A stretch of DNA of 64,000 bases from an uncultured Thiotrichales bacterium (GTDB taxonomy: Bacteria > Pseudomonadota > Gammaproteobacteria > Francisellales > CACEW01): contig CAIQBE010000006.1 in assembly GCA_903870015.1 (NCBI GenBank), forward strand, positions 12,468 through 76,467. Reading direction: 5' to 3'. Positions within the stretch are counted from its first letter, which is position 1; the number at the start of each line of letters is the position of its first letter. The translations under genes were made by a program, and so were the position numbers. Under the pieces are notes generated by a model. It was not told the origin of the DNA. It ran no database searches and saw nothing but the letters and a program-made list of their open reading frames with translations. Below are positions 1 through 8,804 of the stretch, piece by piece.

Positions 1-442
1 ACTCGAGCGGTTTTGCAGGCATATTGGGAATAGGAAACGTAAGCTTAAGATCAGCATCCGTTAAACCATGGCTACTTGGACTTAAATCCCTTTGGGACTT
101 ACCAGGGTTTATTTTAAGCGGATCAATTTTAGCAACATAGTGACCCAAGCGACGATAGCTATTCACTAAATTCATCACTTGATTAAATTTAACAGGATCA
201 ACGCCTGAGACTGGGTTTGTAAAAACTTTAGGCTTGTGCGCAAGATCAATAAAAGCCTCACGCACCTGTGAATGTCGAGGTTCATTGGCAGCATTACCTC
301 CTGCCAAAGTATCAAAATAAGCACGCAATTGTGGGCTAATACTTTTAGGATCATCAAGATAATTTTCGTAAAGTGCTTCTAAGTATGTTGCATTCTCACC
401 TTCAAGCTGAGAGCTCTGCCATAAGTCATTCATACTATCCAT
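1..442 (-). CDS. sucA: 2-oxoglutarate dehydrogenase E1 component, N-terminal part (runs off window)
   Basis: Manual translation from ATG at 442: MDSMNDLWQSSQLEGENATYLEALYENYLDDPKS...LVNSYRRLGHYVAKIDPL, a typical SucA N-terminus; directly downstream of sdhB. Confidence 0.95.
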   Translation of the reverse strand, partial: MDSMNDLWQSSQLEGENATYLEALYENYLDDPKSISPQLRAYFDTLAGGNAANEPRHSQVREAFIDLAHKPKVFTNPVSGVDPVKFNQVMNLVNSYRRLGHYVAKIDPLKINPGKSQRDLSPSSHGLTDADLKLTFPIPNMPAKPLE

Positions 443-445
443 GAT

Positions 446-1171
446 TTACACCGCATTCTTTAACATAAGAGATCTAAGCTTACCAATAGCCTTAGTGGGA
501 TTTAAGCCCTTGGGACATACATCGACACAATTCATAATGCCACGGCAACGAAATAAACTATAGGGATCTTCGAGCTCACGTAAACGCTCGTCGGTGGCTT
601 TATCACGACTATCCACCACAAAACGATAAGCCTGCAACAATCCTGCAGGGCCAACAAATTTTTCGGGATTCCACCAAAACGAAGGACAACTCGTGGTGCA
701 ACACGCACACAAGATACACTCATACAAACCATCTAACTTGGCACGATCTGCTGGTGATTGTAAACGTTCTTTGGACGGTGCGGGTTCGGACCCTGGCTGT
801 AAATAAGGCTTAACACGTTCATAATTTTTATAAAACTGCGTCATATCTACAATTAAATCTCGAATCACAGGTAAACCAGGTAACGGCCGTAAAACAATCG
901 GAGATTTTAAAGAAATAACAGGAGTAATACAGGCTAAGCGATTTTTACCATTAATATTAATGCCATCACTACCACATACCCCTTCACCGCAAGAACGGCG
1001 CAAACTAATCGTAGGATCCTGCTCTTTCAGTTTTTCAATGGCACCCAAAACCATCATGCTGCTATGTTCGGGAATATCAAGATGATACTTTTGCATACGC
1101 GGCTTAGCATCAACCTCAGGATCATAACGATATACTTGAAATTCTATTTTTTGCATTTTCATTTCTGACAT
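446..1171 (-). CDS. sdhB: succinate dehydrogenase iron-sulfur subunit
   Basis: RRSCGEGVCGSDG, CILCACCTTSCPS and CRGIMNCVDVCPKG Fe-S motifs. Confidence 0.98.
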   Translation of the reverse strand: MSEMKMQKIEFQVYRYDPEVDAKPRMQKYHLDIPEHSSMMVLGAIEKLKEQDPTISLRRSCGEGVCGSDGININGKNRLACITPVISLKSPIVLRPLPGLPVIRDLIVDMTQFYKNYERVKPYLQPGSEPAPSKERLQSPADRAKLDGLYECILCACCTTSCPSFWWNPEKFVGPAGLLQAYRFVVDSRDKATDERLRELEDPYSLFRCRGIMNCVDVCPKGLNPTKAIGKLRSLMLKNAV

Positions 1172-1200
1172 TTCTTTTTAACTCCTTATGCGCTCAAAGT

Positions 1201-2970
1201 CTAATAAGTTCTGGCCTTGGGTTGAAATGGGGCTACTTTGGTAGGGCTCATATTAACCGCACGCGTTTTCATCTTGTCACCTTGCATAAAATACACGGTA
1301 TGCTTGAGCCAGTTTTCATCATCACGCGCTGGGAAATCTTCCCGACTGTGCGCACCACGACTCTCAGTACGATACATCGCTGCAACTGCGGTTGCCATGG
1401 CCACTGCCATGAGATTATCCATCTCCAGCGCTTCGATTTTATTGGTATTAAAAATTTTAGATTTATCGGGCAAAAACGCGTGATTTAAGCGTTCACGTAA
1501 AGCTTTTAATTTTTCCAAGCCCTGTTCCATATATTCGCCTAAACGAAACACACCAAAATCTTTTTGCATGATTGCTTTCATTTCATTACGAATAGCTTGG
1601 AAACTTTCAGTACCCGTGCTATTTTCCCAGCGATTTAAACGCGCCTGGGCCGCATCAAGATCGCTATCGACATAACCATGCTCAGGCAAATGCCCCTCAC
1701 GAATAGAGTCAATCACATGAATACCCGCGGCACGACCAAACACGACCAAATCAAGTAAAGAATTACTACCCAAACGATTCGAGCCATGGACTGACACGCT
1801 CGCACACTCACCTACGGCATAAAGCCCCGTCACGATTTTATCTTTGCCTTTGGCATCCATGGTCAAGACTTGACCGTGAACATTGGTGGGCAAACCACCC
1901 ATCATGTAATGACACGTCGGCACCACAGGAATCATTTGTTTCACCGGATCGACATGGGCAAAGGTCATCGCCAATTCACGAATGCCTGGTAAACGTTCAG
2001 AAATAATTTGCTCACCCAAATGCGTTAAATCTAACTGCAAATAGTCAATACCATCCTGTTGCAAACCACGACCTTCACGAATCTCCATCATGCTCGCGCG
2101 AGAAACCACATCTCGTGACGCTAGGTCTTTGGCATTAGGTGCATAGCGCTCCATAAAGCGCTCACCATCTTTGTTACGCAATACGCCACCTTCACCACGA
2201 CAGCCTTCGGTCACTAAAACCCCAGCACCGGCGATACCCGTGGGATGGAATTGCCAAAATTCGATATCTTGTACCGGAACCCCAGCACGTAAAGCCATAC
2301 CAATACCATCACCAGTGTTAATGTATGCATTGGTCGTCGATTGAAAAATACGTCCGGCACCGCCTGTCGCCAAAACTGTTGCACGTGCATGAAAAAAGGC
2401 CATCTCGCCCGTTTCCATACAAAGGGCCATCACCCCGACCACTTCACCATTTTGGTTTTTAACCAAATCCAAAGCATACCATTCGGTAAAAAACTGGGTT
2501 TTTGCTTTTAAGTTTGCTTGATACAAAGTATGCAACAGTGCATGCCCAGTACGATCTGATGCCGCGCATGTGCGCTGGGCCACTTTGGAAACGTCAAATT
2601 CACGTGACATACCACCAAAAGCACGCTGATAAATACGCCCATCATCTTGACGTGAAAACGGCATCCCCATATGCTCAAGCTCATATACAGCCTGAGGGGC
2701 GATTTCACACATATATTCAATCGCATCTTGATCGCCAATATAGTCAGAGCCCTTAACAGTATCATACATGTGCCAACGCCAGTCATCGGCATGAGCATTA
2801 CCCAAAGCCGCCGCCATCCCCCCCTGGGCCGATACCGTATGTGAACGTGTTGGAAACACTTTGGTAATTACTGCGGTCTTTAAACCAGAGCCCGCCATCT
2901 CAATGGCTGCACGTAAACCCGCACCACCAGCACCAATAATAATTGCATCAAATTCATACTTTGAAATCAT
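1201..2970 (-). CDS. sdhA: succinate dehydrogenase flavoprotein subunit
   Basis: GAGGAG FAD motif, [27 protein letters not shown]. Confidence 0.98.
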   Translation of the reverse strand: MISKYEFDAIIIGAGGAGLRAAIEMAGSGLKTAVITKVFPTRSHTVSAQGGMAAALGNAHADDWRWHMYDTVKGSDYIGDQDAIEYMCEIAPQAVYELEHMGMPFSRQDDGRIYQRAFGGMSREFDVSKVAQRTCAASDRTGHALLHTLYQANLKAKTQFFTEWYALDLVKNQNGEVVGVMALCMETGEMAFFHARATVLATGGAGRIFQSTTNAYINTGDGIGMALRAGVPVQDIEFWQFHPTGIAGAGVLVTEGCRGEGGVLRNKDGERFMERYAPNAKDLASRDVVSRASMMEIREGRGLQQDGIDYLQLDLTHLGEQIISERLPGIRELAMTFAHVDPVKQMIPVVPTCHYMMGGLPTNVHGQVLTMDAKGKDKIVTGLYAVGECASVSVHGSNRLGSNSLLDLVVFGRAAGIHVIDSIREGHLPEHGYVDSDLDAAQARLNRWENSTGTESFQAIRNEMKAIMQKDFGVFRLGEYMEQGLEKLKALRERLNHAFLPDKSKIFNTNKIEALEMDNLMAVAMATAVAAMYRTESRGAHSREDFPARDDENWLKHTVYFMQGDKMKTRAVNMSPTKVAPFQPKARTY

Positions 2971-2973
2971 CGA

Positions 2974-3318
2974 TTAGCTCCACAAAATTGTAATGGCCCA
3001 CAAGACATAAACGATCAACAACACCGCAACCAAGGTCATTAAGGTGCCTCGGACTAATTTACAACTAACATAATCCGTCAACACCGTCCACACCCCAATC
3101 CAAGAATGCGCGGCTAATGACAAAATCGCCAATACCGTAAACACACGCATCGCATTAAAATGAAATAAATCTGACCAATCGGAATATTGCAAAGGATGAT
3201 GCCCCAAAATATAACCAAAAATCAACAAAAGATAACAGGCCAAAATGACAGCAGAAATACGCTGTACAAACCAATCTTTTAGGCCATTACGCGTCAATGT
3301 AGTAATTTGTGTTAACAT
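2974..3318 (-). CDS. sdhD: succinate dehydrogenase membrane anchor
   Basis: GLKDWFVQRISAV, HSWIGVWTVLTDY; three TM segments; operon position. Confidence 0.95.
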   Translation of the reverse strand: MLTQITTLTRNGLKDWFVQRISAVILACYLLLIFGYILGHHPLQYSDWSDLFHFNAMRVFTVLAILSLAAHSWIGVWTVLTDYVSCKLVRGTLMTLVAVLLIVYVLWAITILWS

Positions 3319-3695
3319 AGAACCCATACTCCCATTAAAATTGCACCAGCAATTCCTAAAAGCAAAACCACAATACTAGCAACACGCCCAGTGGTTTTTT
3401 CTTCAAGATGCCCCATATCCATGATTAAATGTTTAATACCCGCAAGTAAATGATAGAAAGTCGCAGAGGCAACAACCCAAACGAGCACACTCACCCACAA
3501 TGACCCCATAAAGTCCTGAACCAATAAGAACTCCTGCGGCGAAGCCAAAGAAGACCGCAACAACCACAACACAAAAGGGATCAATAAAAAAATGATCAAG
3601 CCAGAAATACGATGCAAAATACTAGCAATAGCCGCTATCGGAAAGCGATAGCGCATTATATTGGTCAAATGGATATTACGAGGTCCCTTAGTCAT
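3312..3695 (-). CDS. sdhC: succinate dehydrogenase cytochrome b556 subunit
   Basis: FPIAAIASILHRISG, YHLLAGIKHLIMD. Confidence 0.95.
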   Translation of the reverse strand: MTKGPRNIHLTNIMRYRFPIAAIASILHRISGLIIFLLIPFVLWLLRSSLASPQEFLLVQDFMGSLWVSVLVWVVASATFYHLLAGIKHLIMDMGHLEEKTTGRVASIVVLLLGIAGAILMGVWVLC

Positions 3696-3756
3696 TCGAT
3701 GCTCCTTCTTTCAGTACCGAAAGTTTAGCACAAAAATGGGGATAAAATAAAGTTTT

Positions 3757-4083
3757 TTAAGTCAAATTCACAATCTTAGCATTAGTACTGACAATCAACT
3801 CTTCGACCACATCATACAACAACATCACCAACATAAAAGCGGATTGCTCGGGCAAAATCACGACTTTTTCACCAGTTAAACTACCCGGTTCATTGACAAA
3901 ACTGACATATAACTTACGTCCAAATAAAAAGTCTGATAATAAATTGGCCTTTCTGACCAAAATGGGCATGCCACCCGCAAAAGAAAAAACCTCATCTAAC
4001 GTTAAATCTTTATTACGATACTGAAACGTCTTTTCACGCTTAGCCGCCAGTTTTGCCAATACCAAAGGAATATCAATGGCCAT
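3757..4083 (-). CDS. icmS: Dot/Icm type IVB adaptor IcmS
   Basis: DEVFS..G.MP.LVRKA..L..F.FG and LTGEKV...DVVEELI match the IcmS pattern; 108 aa; dot/icm context. Confidence 0.8.
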   Translation of the reverse strand: MAIDIPLVLAKLAAKREKTFQYRNKDLTLDEVFSFAGGMPILVRKANLLSDFLFGRKLYVSFVNEPGSLTGEKVVILPEQSAFMLVMLLYDVVEELIVSTNAKIVNLT

Positions 4084-4092
4084 GATGACTCC

Positions 4093-4764
4093 CTATTGTT
4101 GTGCCTGAGGCTGCACTTGTTGAATAATCTGCTCAATACCCAATAGTTGATGCGACGACACATTATTAACACGATCAACGACAACCGTAAGAATCACTTT
4201 TTGGGTCGTCTGAGTGCTACCTTGTTGCAAGTTAATGACCAAAGGCATCTGCACCTGCCATTTATAAACACCGCCAAACACTGCAGCACCAGTAATCACG
4301 GGCACATCGGTTGGGGTCGCACTCATAACCAACTGCTGGCTGACCAAGTTTTTTAATTGCGGACTAAAGGCATTCACAAAAGAGGTCCAACCTGCTGGCG
4401 TAAAATACGCCTGCATTTGATTCAACTGCGCACGATAATTAATAAAATCTAGTTGATAAATTTGCGGAACATTGTTACTCACCCAACTAATCACCGTAGA
4501 ATTAGAAACAACAGGCTGAGTGGTAGGATACAAAGGAATCAGCTGCCCGACATCGGTCGTGGCAAAAAAGTAGTTACCCGGCGTCTTGCTGCCCGTATAA
4601 ATCAAGCCCACGCCCAAGCCGATATTTAAGGCGATACTAATAAACAACAACCACACCAAGCGTCGAAAATTATCCCGATAAAACTCATTGCGCAAATACA
4701 CAAGCGTCAAGGGATCTTTGGCAGCGACTGCTTCTTTGCTTTCTTTATTCTCTTTTTTAGCCAT
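4093..4764 (-). CDS. dotI: Dot/Icm inner-membrane protein DotI/IcmL (VirB8-like)
   Basis: RNEFYRDNFRR, single TM, YFFATT..GQLIPL.P..QP, DFINYRAQL..YFTPAGW..F; ATG at 4764 behind AGGGTG RBS. Confidence 0.92.
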   Translation of the reverse strand: MAKKENKESKEAVAAKDPLTLVYLRNEFYRDNFRRLVWLLFISIALNIGLGVGLIYTGSKTPGNYFFATTDVGQLIPLYPTTQPVVSNSTVISWVSNNVPQIYQLDFINYRAQLNQMQAYFTPAGWTSFVNAFSPQLKNLVSQQLVMSATPTDVPVITGAAVFGGVYKWQVQMPLVINLQQGSTQTTQKVILTVVVDRVNNVSSHQLLGIEQIIQQVQPQAQQ

Positions 4765-4769
4765 AGCCA

Positions 4770-4824
4770 CACCCTAAGTTTTTTCTTATGATATTTCAAG
4801 ATCACTTGAAGCACAAGTAGTTTT
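4770..4824 (-). promoter_or_regulatory. sigma70-type promoter and RBS of dotI-icmS (copy 1 of a 55-bp module)
   Basis: TTGTGC-N17-TATCAT then AGGGTG; 45/55 identical to 12556-12610. Confidence 0.7.
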
Positions 4825-4832
4825 ATAACAAC

Positions 4833-5882
4833 CTAATTAGCAGCGGATACATCATAAGTATTTGGCTGAAAATTATTTAACCCCGATCTAACAGTATCAA
4901 CCCCTGCTTTGTTATTAACAATAATATTAATTGTATCATTTTGTATAACACTACCCTGTTGCCCTGAACCGTTATTAGCATAAGATAAGTTATCATTACC
5001 GCCATCAAGACCCCCATCCGGGCCATGAGTATTATACACGACCTGATAACACAAAGGCCCCATAGCATAATACTCAGAAGGGCATGCATCATATTTAACA
5101 CCCTGATCTCTTTGAGGTATGTTAAAAACAAATTTTATAACACCTTCATGCATCCAAAAGTCAGATGAGGGTCGATTATATGTAAATAACCAAGGACCCT
5201 CTGGAGAAGGAGCACCTACATTTCCGATAGGATATTGATGATTCCCATCATAATAACCACCATTACCATCCATAGGCAGGCTATTAACATTAGAAAACAC
5301 GGGCGCGTAATTATTAATAAAATTGGGCTGGCTTGATGACTGATAGTAAGTATGAGGATATTGCCCCATCCCCCCCATCTCAAAATAACCAGTAACACCA
5401 TCCACCGTTATAGTAAAACCAAATGTCCCTTGATCACCAGGATCACTATTTTTATTAGACCCCTCATGAAGACCATCACCCTTGGGGCCTGCACAATAAG
5501 ACGCCCCAGAGCGTACCGAAACATATTGCCCCTGAGTCAAAACAACAGAACCACTATTTGACAACGAACCACCAGCTGACAGCGAGATCTGCGTGTCTCC
5601 ATTGTGCGTTGGAAGTGCATATGCCTGATTATCACTCATCCCTACTAGATCGGTATACGCAGCCCAATTATTAGCACGATTTTGAGTCGCCACATAAACA
5701 ACCACAGGACGCGAAGTACTATTTGCAACCTTAACAATAAGCCCAGAAGTGACAGGTGTTCGTGACGACGCCAAATCAGGAGTCGTATTACAGTTAGGCC
5801 CACCATCATGACCAAAAGCCGAAGAACTATTCAACAGCAGCAACCCCGTCAGGACACCGGAAAAAACATGTTTGTAATTCAT
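4833..5882 (-). CDS. hypothetical exported protein inside the dot/icm cluster
   Basis: AGGA RBS, Sec signal MNYKHVFSGVLTGLLLLNSSSAFG, G/N/S/Y-rich beta-type sequence, 4 Cys; no recognised family. Confidence 0.75.
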   Translation of the reverse strand: MNYKHVFSGVLTGLLLLNSSSAFGHDGGPNCNTTPDLASSRTPVTSGLIVKVANSTSRPVVVYVATQNRANNWAAYTDLVGMSDNQAYALPTHNGDTQISLSAGGSLSNSGSVVLTQGQYVSVRSGASYCAGPKGDGLHEGSNKNSDPGDQGTFGFTITVDGVTGYFEMGGMGQYPHTYYQSSSQPNFINNYAPVFSNVNSLPMDGNGGYYDGNHQYPIGNVGAPSPEGPWLFTYNRPSSDFWMHEGVIKFVFNIPQRDQGVKYDACPSEYYAMGPLCYQVVYNTHGPDGGLDGGNDNLSYANNGSGQQGSVIQNDTINIIVNNKAGVDTVRSGLNNFQPNTYDVSAAN

Positions 5883-5939
5883 AATCAATCCTATATTTTT
5901 TAACTGTTTAATCTCAAAAAATATCACCCAACTTAATCA

Positions 5940-6833
5940 TCAAGTGGGCCCAACAGATGGCAAAGGTGGCGCCGAGGGGCCACCTTGGCCTTGGCTTTGC
6001 AACGGCGTCGATGGGCCGCTTTTTGGTGCCCCAACAACCTCGACTTGAAGAGGTGATTTAACCTGAGGATTCGCGGTCAGTTTAGATGCAGTCGTAGGTA
6101 TCTCAGGACCATAGGTGGCCTCTGTATAGCCCTTGGTCTCAGCAATTTGTGCCGCGCGCATTGCAATTTTATCAACAACCTCTTTAGGAGCCGGCACTCT
6201 CTGATTAGTCTGAGGGTCAATACTATAAATTTTTACCGCCGCGCCCTCACGCCCATCACGGCCAAAGAACGTTTTCGGAGCTCCCTGAGTCTCTTCCATA
6301 AAATATTTAGGGTTATTTGGACCATTAAGTTCATTAAGCGCTTGTTGAATAGAACCCTTATGGGAGTCCAAAGCAACCCCAGACATCAAAGCTTTGATCA
6401 GCCCGATAAGAATAAGCCAAGCCTTCAAATTTTTATCCTGAACATCATTATTTATATAACCCTCTAAATCGGCACTCCACTTGGAAGTAATAGGTTTAAT
6501 TACCCCACCCTCAAGCGTTTGCATATGAACATTATTACCAAACTTTTGCCTCTGAGCTTCGCTAACACTAGCCCTCAATTTGTAAGTGCGCTCAATAAAA
6601 TCCTTTGCATCAGTCATGTCACTGTGATCCCAGGCATTCTTATCCTTACCAAAAAGCTTTTGCAGCTGGGGCATTCCAGACACCCCTGCCGGACCAATAA
6701 GCTTTTCAAGCATAGCCCTCGAAGACTCGAGCGACCGGAATAATTCAGATCGATCCTGCGCATCAAGTTGAGCCCTAGTAGGGCCCGGCACTGGCTTCTC
6801 TACTGCCTGAACTCCATTCCTTGGTAACGCCAT
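5940..6833 (-). CDS. hypothetical protein with Pro-rich termini inside the dot/icm cluster
   Basis: 297-aa ORF, strong AAGGAG RBS, no signal peptide, one hydrophobic stretch. Confidence 0.75.
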   Translation of the reverse strand: MALPRNGVQAVEKPVPGPTRAQLDAQDRSELFRSLESSRAMLEKLIGPAGVSGMPQLQKLFGKDKNAWDHSDMTDAKDFIERTYKLRASVSEAQRQKFGNNVHMQTLEGGVIKPITSKWSADLEGYINNDVQDKNLKAWLILIGLIKALMSGVALDSHKGSIQQALNELNGPNNPKYFMEETQGAPKTFFGRDGREGAAVKIYSIDPQTNQRVPAPKEVVDKIAMRAAQIAETKGYTEATYGPEIPTTASKLTANPQVKSPLQVEVVGAPKSGPSTPLQSQGQGGPSAPPLPSVGPT

Positions 6834-6863
6834 TTTACTCTCTCCTTTTACGTAAGTTCAAAA

Positions 6864-7373
6864 TTATACATCACTACAAAAAGCCGACACGGCCGCCAAC
6901 GTTTCCTCAGGACTTAAATTAGCGGATTCTAAGGCTGCAAAAACCTCTTTAGCAAAATCCACATCCTTCGCAGTCACCCCAGCCCCAGTTGCATACAAAA
7001 GCGCATCAATATTGTCCGCATTTTGATCGCGGGCCGCATCACCTTTAAACCAATCCCGTACACGCTGCAGCAAAGCCTCAAAACCTGCTTGCGGGCCATA
7101 AAAAGCCTTTGCAAAGTAAGGATAAATCTTTTGCTCCCAAAACGTGGTCGCCATACCAATAAAACCACCATTATAGCCCTTAAGGTTTGCTAAATCATCA
7201 AGCTTACCTTGGGTAAGGGATGGGAGATTATGATAAGCTCTAAGCCGAGCTTTATACATCAGCGTGTTTTCATCCTCAAGAGAAGAAGCTGCGGCTTTTT
7301 CAGCACGTGACAAAACCGACACCCCCTCATTATCACCTGAGGAAACTAGGGCTACACCATCTCTATTATCCAT
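6864..7373 (-). CDS. hypothetical protein inside the dot/icm cluster
   Basis: 169-aa ORF with its own TTGTGC-N17-TATAAT promoter and AAGGG RBS. Confidence 0.7.
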   Translation of the reverse strand: MDNRDGVALVSSGDNEGVSVLSRAEKAAASSLEDENTLMYKARLRAYHNLPSLTQGKLDDLANLKGYNGGFIGMATTFWEQKIYPYFAKAFYGPQAGFEALLQRVRDWFKGDAARDQNADNIDALLYATGAGVTAKDVDFAKEVFAALESANLSPEETLAAVSAFCSDV

Positions 7374-7399
7374 AAAAACCCTTATTTTTTATCATGCAC

Positions 7400-7428
7400 A
7401 TTATACTATTTTTTTGAATTTTGCACAA
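7400..7428 (-). promoter_or_regulatory. sigma70-type promoter upstream of the 169-aa ORF
   Basis: TTGTGC (7428-7423), 17-nt spacer, TATAAT (7405-7400). Confidence 0.6.
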
Positions 7429-8767
7429 CCATCTGCTGAGCAATCTTTAGTAACGTGGCATTCATTTGCGCCTGACTGGCAACCAATTTTTCAAGCCTTT
7501 GATTTTCCGCATCAGATTCAGCCAATTGCGCTGTCTGTAATACCATCATCGTTTGCTGGTTTTGTAATTGAATGTAACGCATTTGATTGGATTCCGCCAA
7601 CAAAATAGCGATGGTTCGCAATAACTGAGGGCTCGAAGCCGTCTGTAACTGCTGGAGCCATGTCAAAGAACCATTACTCTGCGATTGCGTCATAAAAGGC
7701 GCATTGACCGCAGATTGCAGCGTGGCCATTAAACTATCCGAACCAGGAGTAACAGGCTTAGTCTGAGACAGAATCTGGCCAAGAACATAGCGCATTAACT
7801 CGGAAATTCCTGCCCCTCCAGGCTGCGAGGATCCAAGAGTAGTTAAAAATTGAAGATAAGCATTAATACCAGAATAACCAGAAAGAGAAGGAGCCTGAGC
7901 TTTACCACTTGCTGAAGGCGGTGACAAGGCTTGAGCCACATCATTTTGTGTCAACGGCATTAACAATAAAGATGTTCCGTAGTTAGCACGAATTTGAACA
8001 GCTCCTGTATTTGAGTCATTCAAAAGAGTGTATATAGCACGTTTTTGATTCGAGAGATTACTATTCATAATCACAGGCACCTGCAAAAAACTACTCAACC
8101 CTGACTGATTTAAAAGAAAAGCCTGTAAGTTTTGGGTCGTGGTAGGCACCAACTGCGCCCCCGCCCCCACTTTATTTTGATCATCTTGCTTCTTCCAGGT
8201 CACCATATTACTATTAATTGTATTTAATACTTTAAGAACACTATCACTCCCTATAACCGGAGGCTGTGAATTATTATTAGAGGGATTCAGAATAGCACCT
8301 GAACCCAACATAGGCAGAGAAGTCGCGTTAGGCACAGCGCCTGCCCCTGAAGTAAAATGATTCTGGGAAGTAACGGGATTGGAACGCGTCAGCACTGGCA
8401 CGCTATTTGGCGCACTCTTGGCAGCCGAAGGATTGGTGGGGGCAACCGGCTTTTGTGTCGCCGGGGCAACCAACTGTGCATTTTTTGCCGTAGCAGGGGC
8501 TGCCAAAGAAGGCGCTTGCACATAAGGCGATGCCGCTGCCGCCTGGGACTGCTGTGCAACGCCAGGCTGAGACGCTTGAGGCGCTGAAACTGCCTGAGGC
8601 GTTGCGGTTGGCGTCGTTGCATTTTGCGACTGCGATGCCTGATCACCCGCTGAAGCATTTTGCTGAGTATTATTTGAAGCATTAAACACATCAAAAGGAT
8701 TAAAACTCGCAAATGCATCAGTCGCCAACGACATCATTAACAATACCAACAATTTTTTCTTAAACAT
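7406..8767 (-). CDS. icmX: Dot/Icm periplasmic protein IcmX
   Basis: Signal peptide MFKKKLLVLLMMSLATDAFA; C-terminal W..QLQTASSPQLLRTIAILLAESNQMRY matches the IcmX C-terminus; adjacent to dotA. Confidence 0.75.
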   Translation of the reverse strand: MFKKKLLVLLMMSLATDAFASFNPFDVFNASNNTQQNASAGDQASQSQNATTPTATPQAVSAPQASQPGVAQQSQAAAASPYVQAPSLAAPATAKNAQLVAPATQKPVAPTNPSAAKSAPNSVPVLTRSNPVTSQNHFTSGAGAVPNATSLPMLGSGAILNPSNNNSQPPVIGSDSVLKVLNTINSNMVTWKKQDDQNKVGAGAQLVPTTTQNLQAFLLNQSGLSSFLQVPVIMNSNLSNQKRAIYTLLNDSNTGAVQIRANYGTSLLLMPLTQNDVAQALSPPSASGKAQAPSLSGYSGINAYLQFLTTLGSSQPGGAGISELMRYVLGQILSQTKPVTPGSDSLMATLQSAVNAPFMTQSQSNGSLTWLQQLQTASSPQLLRTIAILLAESNQMRYIQLQNQQTMMVLQTAQLAESDAENQRLEKLVASQAQMNATLLKIAQQMVVQNSKK

Positions 8768-8804
8768 ACACACCCCTATCTTTCGGTTATTCATCTCTAA
8801 ACAC

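Noticed and set aside
175-357. 60-aa ORF in the track
   Set aside because: Out-of-frame shadow inside sucA, which the track missed because it runs off the window.
6864-7373. Calling the 169-aa ORF icmW because it is next to icmX and of similar size
   Set aside because: It lacks IcmW motifs such as ME..E.W and FL.RN..FER.RLL.R.F; left as hypothetical.
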